NCBI RefSeq assembly: GCF_009834535.1
Contig: NC_045697.1
Span: 2,792,001 to 2,856,000 of the forward strand
Length of the DNA: 64,000 nucleotides
Direction: 5' to 3'
DNA from: Camelus ferus
Taxonomy: Eukaryota
Under the pieces are notes generated by a model. The model ran no database searches. It was given only the letters and a program-made list of their open reading frames with translations, and was not told the origin of the DNA. Within the stretch, counting starts at the first letter, position 1. Each line of letters begins with the position of its first letter. This document shows positions 12,101-21,890 of this stretch, piece after piece. Position numbers and translations under genes: made by a program.

Positions 12101-15100
12101 ACAGGGCTGCCTCTCGTGTCCGGGGTCCTGGCCCTCGTTAGGTGGCACCTGGTTCTGCTGTGGTCTATAGCCCGGTGCATCTGCAGTGACAGGTGTTTTC
12201 TGGGAGGCCGGAGGTGAACGTAGCCCGGGAAGCTTCTAAATGCGGTACCCTCTCTTGTTGGTATCTGCTCCGGGTCACACTGTGATGGAGCTGTCCCGGA
12301 GAGCCTGGGGCCACATCCGCCCGTGGCCTCTGAAGGCCCCGGCTCCTGGGCCCCTCAGCAGAAGACGCAGAGCAGGCACCCAGGGACTTGCTGGGTGCGC
12401 CTGCCCCGGGGAGGGAGGAGCAGACAAGGACGGGTCTGGATTAGAAAGGCCCCTTCAGAGGGCACCTAAACCAAGACCACACCTGTGTCGTCAAAGGAAG
12501 TGAACTAGCAGACGGCAAGGGCAGTGAGCCTCCAGTTCAGTCTAGGGACCCAGAGTAGGGGGTGTGAGCACCGCCCTTCCAGGTGGGCTGGGCCACACAG
12601 GCTCAGTCACTCGGACACGGGCGGCTGTGGGTCAGCTTGTCCCGCGTCGCTCCGTTCTCTGCATGTCGGGGTGTCGACCTGGAGATGGAAGTGGAGATGC
12701 CCCCCAAGACCCTGGAGCGATGGAGGACACAGAGGACGCCCATTCCCGCCATGTCCAAACCCCACAGAGCATCCAGAGGGCCACCGCAGCCGTCTGAGCC
12801 GTCCGCTCACACCTGCACTCCCGGTCTCACGATGGCCCGGGGTGTGGCGCTGTTCGGTTGAGAAAGAATTCACCGAGGCCTGGAGGAAGAGGTGACCCCA
12901 GAGGGAGTCTGCATCTTCCAGACCTGGTCTGCATCACGGAGCATGTTAAGAGGGAGCATGGGGTCATCCTTACAGCAGAGAGCGTTCTCAGAGCCCTGGG
13001 CTGGATGTCCAGGGTCCTGTGGCGATGCGGTCCCTTCCCATAGCGTGATGGCAGCGGCAGGAGGAAGCGTGAGAAGAAAAGTCCAGGCGGTGTTTGCGCA
13101 GCCTTGGTAGGACGAAAACTCGGAAGCTGTGAAAGACACTGTCGGCTCTGACTGCATTCACATTCACCCTTTCTGACTATTCTGAATAGTAGAAGATGAT
13201 GTAAGCAACGTCAGAAGACAGATCCCAGGCTGGGGAAGCACAGAACACCACCTGGCTGCAGGAAAGAGTTCCTGCAGACGGAGGGTCAGCCTTGCCCAGG
13301 GACCTGCCCCCCTGCCCGAGGTGGCCACCGCAGCAGCGGCTGCCCGCGGACCAGGGCCCAGGACGCGCAGGTGGAAGGACCGTGTCCGGTGGACAGCGGC
13401 CACTCCACACCCTGTCCTTTTCGGGGAGGTTACTTGCAGTTTTGTGGAAAGATAAGATGCGCTCTCCTTTTGACTCAGCGCCGGAGCTGATTAGCTTTTC
13501 TCTACTCCTGCCGGCAACAAACTGCTGTCAACTGTTCACCTACAGCTGGCTGGGCGCACACAGCAGGGTCTTAAAAGAAGAAAACAAAGGCGTGTTTGTT
13601 GTATTTTTTGGCTGGGCAGCACCTTCACACGTTCCAAGTGAGAAGATATAAGAAGGTGGGGGGGAAGCCCCCCCCCCCGGACTCCCTGCAGCGATGTCTT
13701 TACAGGAAGCAGGATGAGGTGCTGTTTCTCCCTCCGTGTGTCGTTCCACTCCATCGTCTCTGATGGGTAAGGATGTCGAGGCCAAGAGAAACGGCCCAGG
13801 GCACTGGCTTGACTCTGGAGAGCCGGCACGGACCCCAAGCCTGCTGACCCCAGAGCCCGACTCTTCCCCTGGGCTGCACAGCTGATGTCCAAATGTAGTT
13901 CAAACAGTTCAGATTTTGGTTTTTTGCCAAAAGTTTCCGTTACTTGTTAGAGTGCAGATATGCTCAGAGCTTAGGATGTACCCAAGAGCAATATCTGACC
14001 CCGAATTCCTTTCCGGGGCATGTGGGCTCTGGCTGACCCTCCTGGTGGCAGCGCTCGGAGCCTGGCGCTGTCACATGCCCACTGCGCAGACCAAGAAGCT
14101 CGGGCTTGGGGCGGAAGCCGCTTGCCCGCACTGCACACTCGTAAAAGCCAAGCGGGTTTGGACGCTGAGGCCCAGGCCCTTAGCTACTGTGTCGGTGAGT
14201 CAGAGCCCGGCCGGACTCAGATGCATCCGCACGGTGTCATGGTCAGAGGTGGGGCCACCTTTCCAGGCCAGCACCAGCCAATGCCGTAGCTGAAACTAAA
14301 GTGTGCCGCTTTACAGAAAAATAAGATGAGAAGAACGTGACCTAAGACTAGAAAATCCATGTGAGTTTGGACTCAGTTCGAGCCTGGCCTCTGGGATTCA
14401 CAAAGGGGCACCCACGCGGAGAGGCACCCACAGCCTGTGAGCACGTTTGGGGGGTTTAATGTACTAACATGCCCTGGTGAAGTAGTTAAGGGGTGGTTAC
14501 TGGGGTCAGCCTGCCTAGGTTCAAGTGTGTCTCCGCCCCTTGCCAACTGTGTGACCTTGGTGCGGGGTGGGGGGTGGGGGGGCTCAGCTTAGGGCCTGGC
14601 CTGGGGAGCGGTCCTGCCCACCTTCATTGTCATTGTCATCTCCCCTCCTATGAGGCCCCCCACCCTGCATCCAGCAGAGACCCCACCTCCCCGGCCCTCA
14701 CCTTCCAAAGCCAAGAGCACACACACCACAGTGTGTGCAAGAGGGAAGGGGTTAAAGCCACTCTGAGGCCCCAGGCTGGCCCTCCAGAAGGGACAATGGG
14801 GTAGCAGGACGTGTACCCTCTGGGGATGCAGAGGCCCAGTGGGGTCTTGGGACAGGACCAGCCAGATGGGCAGGAGGTGGGAAGCACCCTGCCCCGGAAT
14901 TTTCTCCTGACAGCTCACTGTCTCCAGCAGGCCCCGGGGGAAGCTTGGCCTTGGAATTGACAACCCAGTGTTTGCTCTGAAAGTTTACAGCAGGCTTTAC
15001 GTCAGAGCCCACCCCCCTCGGTGCTCCTGCCTCCCGCTTCCCGGAGCCCACTCTCCCCCACCCCTTCCCCAGGGATGCTGGCTGACGGCCTGGGTCAGTC

Positions 15101-18100
15101 ATGCAAGCCTGAGTAGGGGTCTTCTCCCCGCCCCGCTCCGGGCACTGCCGTGCTAGGTTATTTTTTTAATTTCCAAAGCAGCACGTGCTTATCATAACAA
15201 ATCAGGAATGCACGTATGATTGTCCTGATTGTAAAAACTGGTTAAAAGAATAAATTGGAGACTGGAGAAGAAAAGCTAACAAGCAAAGCTAATGATTAGC
15301 AGCAGATGTTTTGGATGTCGGTTTAAAAAAGAAGTTGGGACCGAAAGATCTGCAGTGACTTCCTGCTTCCACAAACAAAGCCAGAGTCAGAACTCACATG
15401 CAAGGAACACTTGGCCCCGTTCAGCCGTCCCCCTTGTTTCTGGACCTGACTTGAGGGCGGAGTGGGAGAGGGACTGTTTCTTTCCAAGTCTGGGAGGCCA
15501 GCAGCGTGGCAAGGCCAGGGGGAAGCTGACATCACTTTCAGGTGCCAAGCACCTTCTCTGTGGCCCCAGGTGGGAAAGAGAATTGACCTCGTGCCCTCGG
15601 GGAGCCCACCTCCTGGGGACAATGCAGGCCTCTGCGTGGGGCTTTCCCGAGGGGGCCGCCTGCGCCCGCCCCGTCTGTCCCCGGAGCGCCTGGCTGCTAC
15701 TGGCTCGCAGACCTCCCACGGTGCCTGGCTGGCCGCCTGCTCACCGGCGGCTGGCGCCCGTGCCGGGCTTCGTTGCAGGTGTACCACTGCCGCTCCTTGG
15801 CCCTGGCCTTCCTGGAGTTCACGGTGGCGCGGAGGTTCCACGAGCACACGCACCAGCCCCACGTGCCGCCCCCGCTGAGGGCCGTGCTCGGGCGGCTGAG
15901 CGCCCTCTACACCCTGTGGTCCCTGAGCCAGCACACAGCCCTGCTCTACCGAGGTGAGCCCCCTGCGCGGGCACCTGCTGCCCCCACCTCACCCTCCGCT
16001 GTGCCTGGGAGACTTAGCTCCCCTGTGGGTTACTGAACACTCATCCCATGCTGAGTGAGCCTTCGGCAGATAAGGAGCCCGGAGCCCGTGGGGAGAAAAG
16101 CACGAGGGGCAGAGCAGCATCAGGACGTCCCTGAGAGCCGAGCCGAGCTGCTGGGGCGGCAGTCCCGGGAGTGCCCACTCTGGGGACCTGGAGGGCTTCC
16201 TGGAGGAGGTGATGAGTGGGCTGATTCCTGGAAGATGGGTGGAAAGAGAGTAAACCTGAGTTTCTCAATCTTTTTTTTCATTATTCTCCCCCTAAGAAAC
16301 CTCTTCAGATATTTTTTCCTAATCGCCCCCATGATGTGTTACTACTACAGCTGTTCTGTGTAGCTGTTCGTGTCCTGTGTGTGTGTCTGGCCTGCACCAG
16401 GAGTACGTTTTTTCCCCTCCCCCTTGCCAAGAACCCACGTTTTCCCCCTTGAGGTGGGAGTTGCCCCTTGGAGGCAGTGCACAGGGCCTCCCAGGCAGAG
16501 GGAGCAGTGGGGTGCAGGGACCGGAGCCCACGCACCCTGAGGAATGACAGCTCTGGGTGAGCGGACGGAGTTCTCCACGGAAAAATCCGACAGCAGCCAG
16601 TCCTGCAGCACATGCATTCTCCAGCGCATGGGGCCGCTTCCTTGGGCCTGCTGGCTGGCACAGCACAGCCCGCCACAGTGTGGGAGGCGAGACAGAGCAG
16701 GGGCGGCTCGTGCCCATCCCCTGGTGGCTCCAGATGGCCCGCGTGCCCCCCGGCACAGCTCTGTGCCTGCAGCCCCTGCCGGCCCCCAGCCCAGGCTCCG
16801 TCCGGGTGTCCCAGTCACCACCGGTGCTGTGCTCTGCCTGCCCAGCCCACCGGCCCTGCCCTGCCAGCCTCCCTGAGCCTCTCGCCCAGGCCCTGGGCTT
16901 CTGTGTCCCCAGCTCCCAGCCATGACCTCCCAGCATGTGCTCAGTGAACCAGTGGGAAGGGGGACACGGGAACCTGGCCCCAGCCAATGCCATCCTGCAG
17001 AGAGGTCGCAACGGGGTTCGGGCAGTGGTAGCGAGAGGTTTTCCTACAAAATGGGCTATTTGGGAAAGGAAGCTTGCTATTTGTGGGTGATCTGGGTCCA
17101 GACCCCAGGGTAACTGACCCTCTGCTTACAGGTGGCTACTTTTCTGGTGAGCAAGCAGGTAAAGTGATAGAGAACACCATCCTGGCCCTGTGCGCCCAGG
17201 TAAGCTGCCGTCACCTGCCACTATTGCATGATTACGTATTACACGGTCACCTGAATAGTAACATTCACTGACCTTGGCCTCGTGTGCACAAAATGGTGAG
17301 CAGCGACGGGAAAATTACAGAAGAATGTGCTCGTGTCAGAAATTGCAAGGAGAGTAGCTTTTCGGGACCATCTTAGACTCTGCACACGTTCAGTTCACTC
17401 TCGTATCTTTACAGCGACATCAGTGATTCGCGAGCATTTCACATTAGTCTCCAATTTCATTTCATGGTATTTTATTTCTTTATTGCATAATTTTACCTCC
17501 GTCACCCAGGAGTGTCAGCTGGCCCTGGTCGCATGTTATGTTTTAGTGGTGTCCCTGTCCACGGGAACTTCCTGCAGGAGTGGACGTGCTCTGGGGCCGC
17601 ACTGCCCCGTTCGGTCACCACCAGCCCCCTGGGTAGAAGAGTAGCGAGTGTGACTGAGGATTTTTAGTTTTCTTTCATTGTCATCAAACAGTCACGTGTG
17701 CAGCGGCCACTGTGTTGGGCGGTGCAGGTGACGGAGGCATTGCGATATGAACCAGAGCTTCCTAGCATTTTATCAAATGTCTCAAGTGACAGGTGACAGG
17801 CCACTTCATTTCTCCCCGCTCAGGGCTCGTGAAGTTGGTGTGGTTCCAGGTGATGTTCTGTGCCGGCGCTCAGCCTGCCTCCGGGCTCATTCCCTACGTG
17901 CCCATCTCTCTCCACCCGGGCTCCGGGTCGGGGTGGATCTGCGACCGTGTACAGCCAGCCACGTTTACTCTCACAGCCAGTGGCGGGAGGGGTTCCCTCC
18001 CCGCGCTCCGCGTGGTGCTCAGCTGCCTTTCTAAACCGTGCAGCAGCTTTTCCCCTCGTTCTCAAACGCAGGGCTCACGGCACAGCTGGTGGCTGTGGCC

Positions 18101-21100
18101 AAGGTGGCAGGGACCCTGTACAGTAATGCAGCCCACACCGCCTGGCAGATCCTGGTCCTTCTTCTGGTGCGGGGCCCGGGGTCAGCCAGGTGGAGGGCGG
18201 CACGCCCGGCCCAGTCCAGCCGGCCCCTCGTGCGTCGTCTGTGGGGATGTTCGCGCTGTCTCGGCGGAGGTCAGCATGAGACGGAGACCCCGTGGCCTGC
18301 AAAGCCTGGCTGTGTCCTGTGGGCCCCTTACATGAAACCGTGGCTGACCCCTGGTCCAGACCAGGACCTTACTCTGCTGATGGGGTCCCCCTGAAGTGGG
18401 GCAGGCTTGTGCCCCTCAGCCCACCGGCCCTGACCATGGTGCCAGTGCGTGCGGGGCTCTGAGCCACGAAGCTGGGTGCGTTTCCACTGTTTTAGTGGTT
18501 TTGTGACCCTGTGCTCAGTTGATTTAATCCACACCATTACAGTCGTCCCCATTCCAGCTGTGTTCAGCACAGCCGTGGCATTTCACAGTTAACTTTAAGA
18601 AAAAGAATTTTTTCTTGCATTTCAAGAAAATTCTTGGGAATCTTGTCATACAGATTCCACTTGTCACATTGAAGAATAATTTGTGTGGTGGAATGGAAGA
18701 GCAATTAAACTACTAAGAACCAACGAGCATTTGAATGATGGATTTTTCAGGTGCTCATAAATGCCTTCTCTCTTACTACATTTTTTTTCTGGACATACTT
18801 TCCTATATTGGAACACTAGCTGCCCAGAGAAGTCAGGGTTTAGAGACAAATCTCTGAAGACAGTTGCCAATTAATGAGCCGCAGAGACGTCACTTTCATG
18901 AGCAGTCCCTACCTCGTTGAAAAAAAATGACACATTGGAGGTCTTGAGTGAATAGCGACATGGTGAAAACATTCAGACCCGCGCAGGGGGACTCTGTGCC
19001 CCAGGCCAGTGAGAGGATTGATGCTTTAGCAACCAGCCGAGGGCCTGCCAGGGCGACCGCTGCTGGCGGGGTGGAGGCTCTGTTACGAGGTGGTCGCCAT
19101 GGAGATGCTGGGAGTTGCCAAGTGTACGGACTTTGTTTCTTAACAGCTGAAAGATGATGCTGTTGCCTGGTGGACGTGATCGCCCCTCCGGACTTCATCC
19201 TGGACTCCCCGATTGGCAGAGCCGACGGCGAGGTGAAAGCAGCCTCCCTCCCGGGGCTACAGGGGGACGCCATGCGCCGGAGCATGAGCCAGGGGCTGCT
19301 CTGGGGCTGCGGGGGTGCCGCTCCTCGCATGTGGGCAGCAGGGGAGGGAGTGGCTGGGAGAAGTTGGGGTGGGTGATTGTGGGCGGGATAGCCAGCACCC
19401 AGCCTGCCTTCCTCCCAGAGATGGGGAGTTGTTACTGCCCACTTGGGCCATGATGCCAAGGTTAGCACGGGCCTGCGTGGAAGCTGGGGGCCCTGCAGTG
19501 TCTCCCTCTTTTCACCTCCCCTGGGGGCCATTCCAGTCCCAGGTCTCCTGACCATGTCACAGTGCAGGGTCCTGACCCCTCCGTCAGTGGGGCCACTCAG
19601 CCCCCGACCTGAGCTCCCCTGGCACCCCCCGACGCAGCTCCCCGATCTCCTCCCCTACCCACCCTGTCGCCCGTGCTCCAGAGTGATTTTTTTAAAAGCC
19701 AATCTTGTCAAGCAGCTCCTCTGAGCCCCCTCTCTGCGTCCCGCATACCTGGAACTTACACCCAGATTCCTTCCTGTGCCCCATACCCTAACGGCCTGAC
19801 CTCTGCCTGCTTCTCCAAGGTCACTTCACACCACGTTCCTCCTGCCCTCTGGACTCCAGCTTCCCTGTCCTGTTTCTTGTATTGGGCTCATCCTCACCCC
19901 AGGGCCTTTGCACCTGCTGTTCTTGCTGCAGGGAGGACTCTTGTTCGTTGTAAGCAGAATGCTGCTTCTTCAGAGGGCTCTTCCCTGGCTCCAGCTGAAG
20001 TGCCACCCCCACTTTGTTCTGCTGTGTCATCAAGCCCACGTGCGTCCTCTGCCACATGGAGATGCTCATGCTGGACGATGCCCACAGGTCTGCGCGGTGC
20101 CTCTCAGCACCGCACTACCTGTGGGTTGTCCCTGTGTTTCCATGGAATGTGACGTTTCAGTGAAGTCACGTGTCTGAGGTCTCACGGCTGTCATTTCTTT
20201 CTGCTGAGACACCCAGGCTGACCCAGGCTCTGCATAAATGGAGCTGACTCCCCCATCTGTCCACAGGGGACACTGCAGTCAGCCCAGGGGAACAGGAGCC
20301 TAGACTTCTGCCCGGCCCAAGCCACACTGGGGTTGGGACAGGTGGAGCAGGCACTGGGGTGGGCAGGATAGAAGAGCCCCCCATAGGATCAGGAGGGCAG
20401 GAACAGTACACCTGAGGGGGGCGTGCTGTCCTCTGGCTGCAGAGCTGGGTGTTGAGCAGCATCCCGAGATGCTGGGCGGGTTACCCTTGGTTGCCCAGCC
20501 AGGAGGCAGCAGGGCCAGGATTTGGGTAGAGATGGACTGTTTGGAGGGAAGACAGGAGAGCGAAAGTCAGTCCGTTGGGGTGGCCAGGGCCCTGGTGGGA
20601 GCATGAGGAAAATGTGCCATGAGTCCCCGGGAGAGGGGCCAGCCCCTGGGATGAGGGCTCACCAGGCAGCCAGCAATGCCATCACGGGGGCCTGCCTGGA
20701 TGTGGCGCTGTCTGAGGACCCCTGAGCACATGGGAGCTCCATCCAGGAGGAGCTGGAATGGATCTGCAGAAGGCAGCTCTGACGCACGGTGGGGGCGAGG
20801 GACTGAGAAGTAGGGTCATCCTGTACTGTCCCAAGTTGGGGGCCCCAGATCCCACACTGAGGCCAGAGCCAGCCCGAGGCCTCGCTGGACAGGGTGGTCT
20901 ACAGAGTGCACGTTTCTCCCAGTGTCGAGGGCTGAGGTTTGAAACAGGTGCCACTATTGTACCACCATCATTACACGATGCATGGTGTTCCACAGTGTGA
21001 AATGTAACCCCTGATTTGTGACCTGTGGGGAGACAGCCTGACCCTGTGGCTCTGGGAGCCAGGAAGAGCAGAAGGCAGGAGGAGTTGCTAAGTGCCTTCA

Positions 21101-21890
21101 GCAGGTGCAGGGAGGACAGCTTCTTAAAAGTAACGTCTGTCCACATCAGCCAGACACAAAATAGGACCCACCCTGTCTCCAAGGACCTCAGCCTTGACAC
21201 TGGCTATGCTGGGAGCCGGGAGGAAGCCACCACCAGCTGCCCGCCACACCCATGCCCTTCCTTTAAGATGACAGGTGGAGCAACAGGCAGAAAGCAGTTC
21301 AGTCTGGAGGTCCCAGGGAGACGGCTGGCCCAGTGGGGTCTTTCGGGGCGGGCAGAGAGGGGCCAGTGTATGCTCAGGCCCGGTGGCCCGGAGACAGGAC
21401 GGTCATTCTGCTGCTTGGCTGCACCGCCACCTGCCAGCCAGCAGCCACGTAGGGGTGGGAGGACAGATTTCAGAGCCAACGGCAAACATAGACTTGCAGG
21501 ACCCACTTTCCATGAGAATTTCCAAAGAAAAGGCCACGCAGGATATTTCGTCGTAAATGTGCTTCACGGTGCCTTATAACTGCATTTCACGGCTGTTTCC
21601 TGCTGACGAAGAAGTGTGTAAACTAAAGTTACATCATCTGAAAAGGTTTCTGAGAAGTGATGGGAGGACTTCCTGTGTTTTTAAAGCAACTTCCGAGGGC
21701 GGCTGTGTTGGCATCCTCGACCGTGGGAGGAATCTCATTCCAGTGTGACTGTGTTGTGTGTGTTTTGCAGCTCTATAAAAACCTCTGGACCGCAGTCCTT
21801 CAGGGAAGCAGGGTGCTGGAGAGAGCGTCGTGGTGGCCGGAATTCTCTGCCAACAAGCCCGTCGTAGGAAGTTTGAAATCAAAGCTGTAG
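58..21890 (+). CDS. ACOX3: Peroxisomal acyl-CoA oxidase 3 (pristanoyl-CoA oxidase), 3' part: join(58-154,1028-1210,2793-2915,4336-4456,6486-6608,6824-6937,11622-11737,15779-15953,17132-17199,19147-19232,21771-21890). The 5' exons lie outside the window. One apparent 1-nt deletion in the penultimate exon.
   Basis: All 11 exons have AG/GT boundaries and compatible phases. The spliced translation has the acyl-CoA oxidase motifs [10 protein letters not shown] and [11 protein letters not shown], plus RRQFG and a C-terminal SKL*, matching mammalian ACOX3 as I recall it. Confidence 0.97.
1028..1210 (+). CDS. ACOX3: ACOX3 exon (probably 9), 183 nt
   Basis: cccgcag|GAC...ATG CAG|gtgtgg; [61 protein letters not shown]. 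Confidence 0.96.
2080..2210 (+). mobile_element. MIR SINE fragment
   Basis: ctgtgtgccctcaggcaaggcactgaacctctctgtgctgcactttcctcatttgtgaattgggat resembles the MIR core. Confidence 0.65.
2793..2915 (+). CDS. ACOX3: ACOX3 exon (probably 10), 123 nt
   Basis: atttcag|CAA TGG...ACG CAG|gtgaga; [41 protein letters not shown]. Confidence 0.96.
4336..4456 (+). CDS. ACOX3: ACOX3 exon (probably 11), 121 nt, with the CGGHGY motif
   Basis: ccccaag|GCA GAG...CTG GCC G|gtaggt; [40 protein letters not shown]. Confidence 0.96.
4518..4709 (+). mobile_element. MER58A-like hAT-Charlie DNA transposon (MITE)
   Basis: Ends ccggggtcagcagac...gagccgacccctg form imperfect TIRs; internal taaggttttattgg, agagttgagtggttg and tttactgtctggcccttt match MER58. 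Confidence 0.8.
4965..5200 (+). mobile_element. MIR SINE, near full length
   Basis: gtggttaagag...atcctggccctgctgctcactagctgtgtgaccccggggcag...cctctctgtgcctcag, ending in a (TAT)n-like tail. Confidence 0.75.
5720..6150 (+). mobile_element. L3/CR1 LINE 3' fragment
   Basis: agggatgaatgtaaagccctttatctagg...gaggaactgggttattcaag...tgtcttcaggtatttgaa resemble the CR1/L3 ORF2 3' end. Confidence 0.6.
6270..6700. promoter_or_regulatory. Intragenic CpG-island-like segment over the ACOX3 catalytic exon, with GC boxes
   Basis: Dense CpGs by eye and GGGGCGGGG motifs at 6417-6430; CpG o/e not computed. Confidence 0.5.
6486..6608 (+). CDS. ACOX3: ACOX3 exon (probably 12), 123 nt, with the putative catalytic Glu of TYEGDN (codon 6536-6538)
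   Basis: cttgcag|TG AAC...CCA G|gtgagg; (V)[40 protein letters not shown]. Confidence 0.96.
6824..6937 (+). CDS. ACOX3: ACOX3 exon (probably 13), 114 nt
   Basis: cttctag|GT GGC...TCA G|gtaagt; (G)[37 protein letters not shown]. Confidence 0.94.
8610..8672. repeat. 11-bp minisatellite (CCTGGCCCCYG), about 5 copies
   Basis: cccggcccctg cctggcccccg cctggcccccg cctggcccctg cctggcccccg. Confidence 0.85.
10058..10549 (-). mobile_element. MLT1 (ERVL-MaLR) solo LTR with an internal 63-bp duplication
   Basis: cacaaactgggtg...ggctgcactccctcc...aggacactcactggatttagggcc...catctgcgaagacccttttcc...ggggccacattcaa match a reversed MLT1. Confidence 0.75.
10353..10478. repeat. 63-bp tandem duplication, 2 copies, 1 mismatch
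   Basis: ggccaccatggtccatgacgttgtaatgtcattccatctgcgaagacccttttcct(a/c)cgtaaa at 10353 and 10416. Confidence 0.95.
11622..11737 (+). CDS. ACOX3: ACOX3 exon (probably 14), 116 nt; not in the ORF track
   Basis: ctcgtttgaag|CC GCC CTG...TGT CAG|gtattc; (A)[38 protein letters not shown]. Confidence 0.94.
15779..15953 (+). CDS. ACOX3: ACOX3 exon (probably 15), 175 nt
   Basis: gttgcag|GTG TAC...CGA G|gtgagc; [58 protein letters not shown]. Confidence 0.95.
17132..17199 (+). CDS. ACOX3: ACOX3 exon (probably 16), 68 nt
   Basis: cttacag|GT GGC TAC...GCC CAG|gtaagc; (G)[22 protein letters not shown]. Confidence 0.94.
19147..19232 (+). CDS. ACOX3: ACOX3 penultimate exon (probably 17), 86 nt, apparent 1-nt deletion causing a frameshift
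   Basis: ttaacag|CTG AAA GAT GAT GCT GTT GCC TGG TGG ACG TGA. The conserved [21 protein letters not shown] continues in a shifted frame to GAG|gtgaaa. Both flanking introns are phase 0, so 87 nt is expected. Confidence 0.92.
19640..20030 (+). mobile_element. L2 LINE fragment
   Basis: ccagagtgatttttttaaaa...ccccagggcctttgcacctgctgttc...ttcttcagagggctcttccctg, typical of the L2 3' region. Confidence 0.7.
21771..21890 (+). CDS. ACOX3: ACOX3 terminal coding exon, ending in PTS1 (SKL) and TAG
   Basis: tttgcag|CTC TAT AAA...[51 protein letters not shown]. Confidence 0.97.
   Translation, partial: LYKNLWTAVLQGSRVLERASWWPEFSANKPVVGSLKSKL

Noticed and set aside
58..21890. Calling ACOX3 a pseudogene
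   Set aside because: There is only one lesion, in a short homopolymer. The other ten exons, the splice sites, the catalytic motifs and SKL are intact, so an assembly error is at least as likely.
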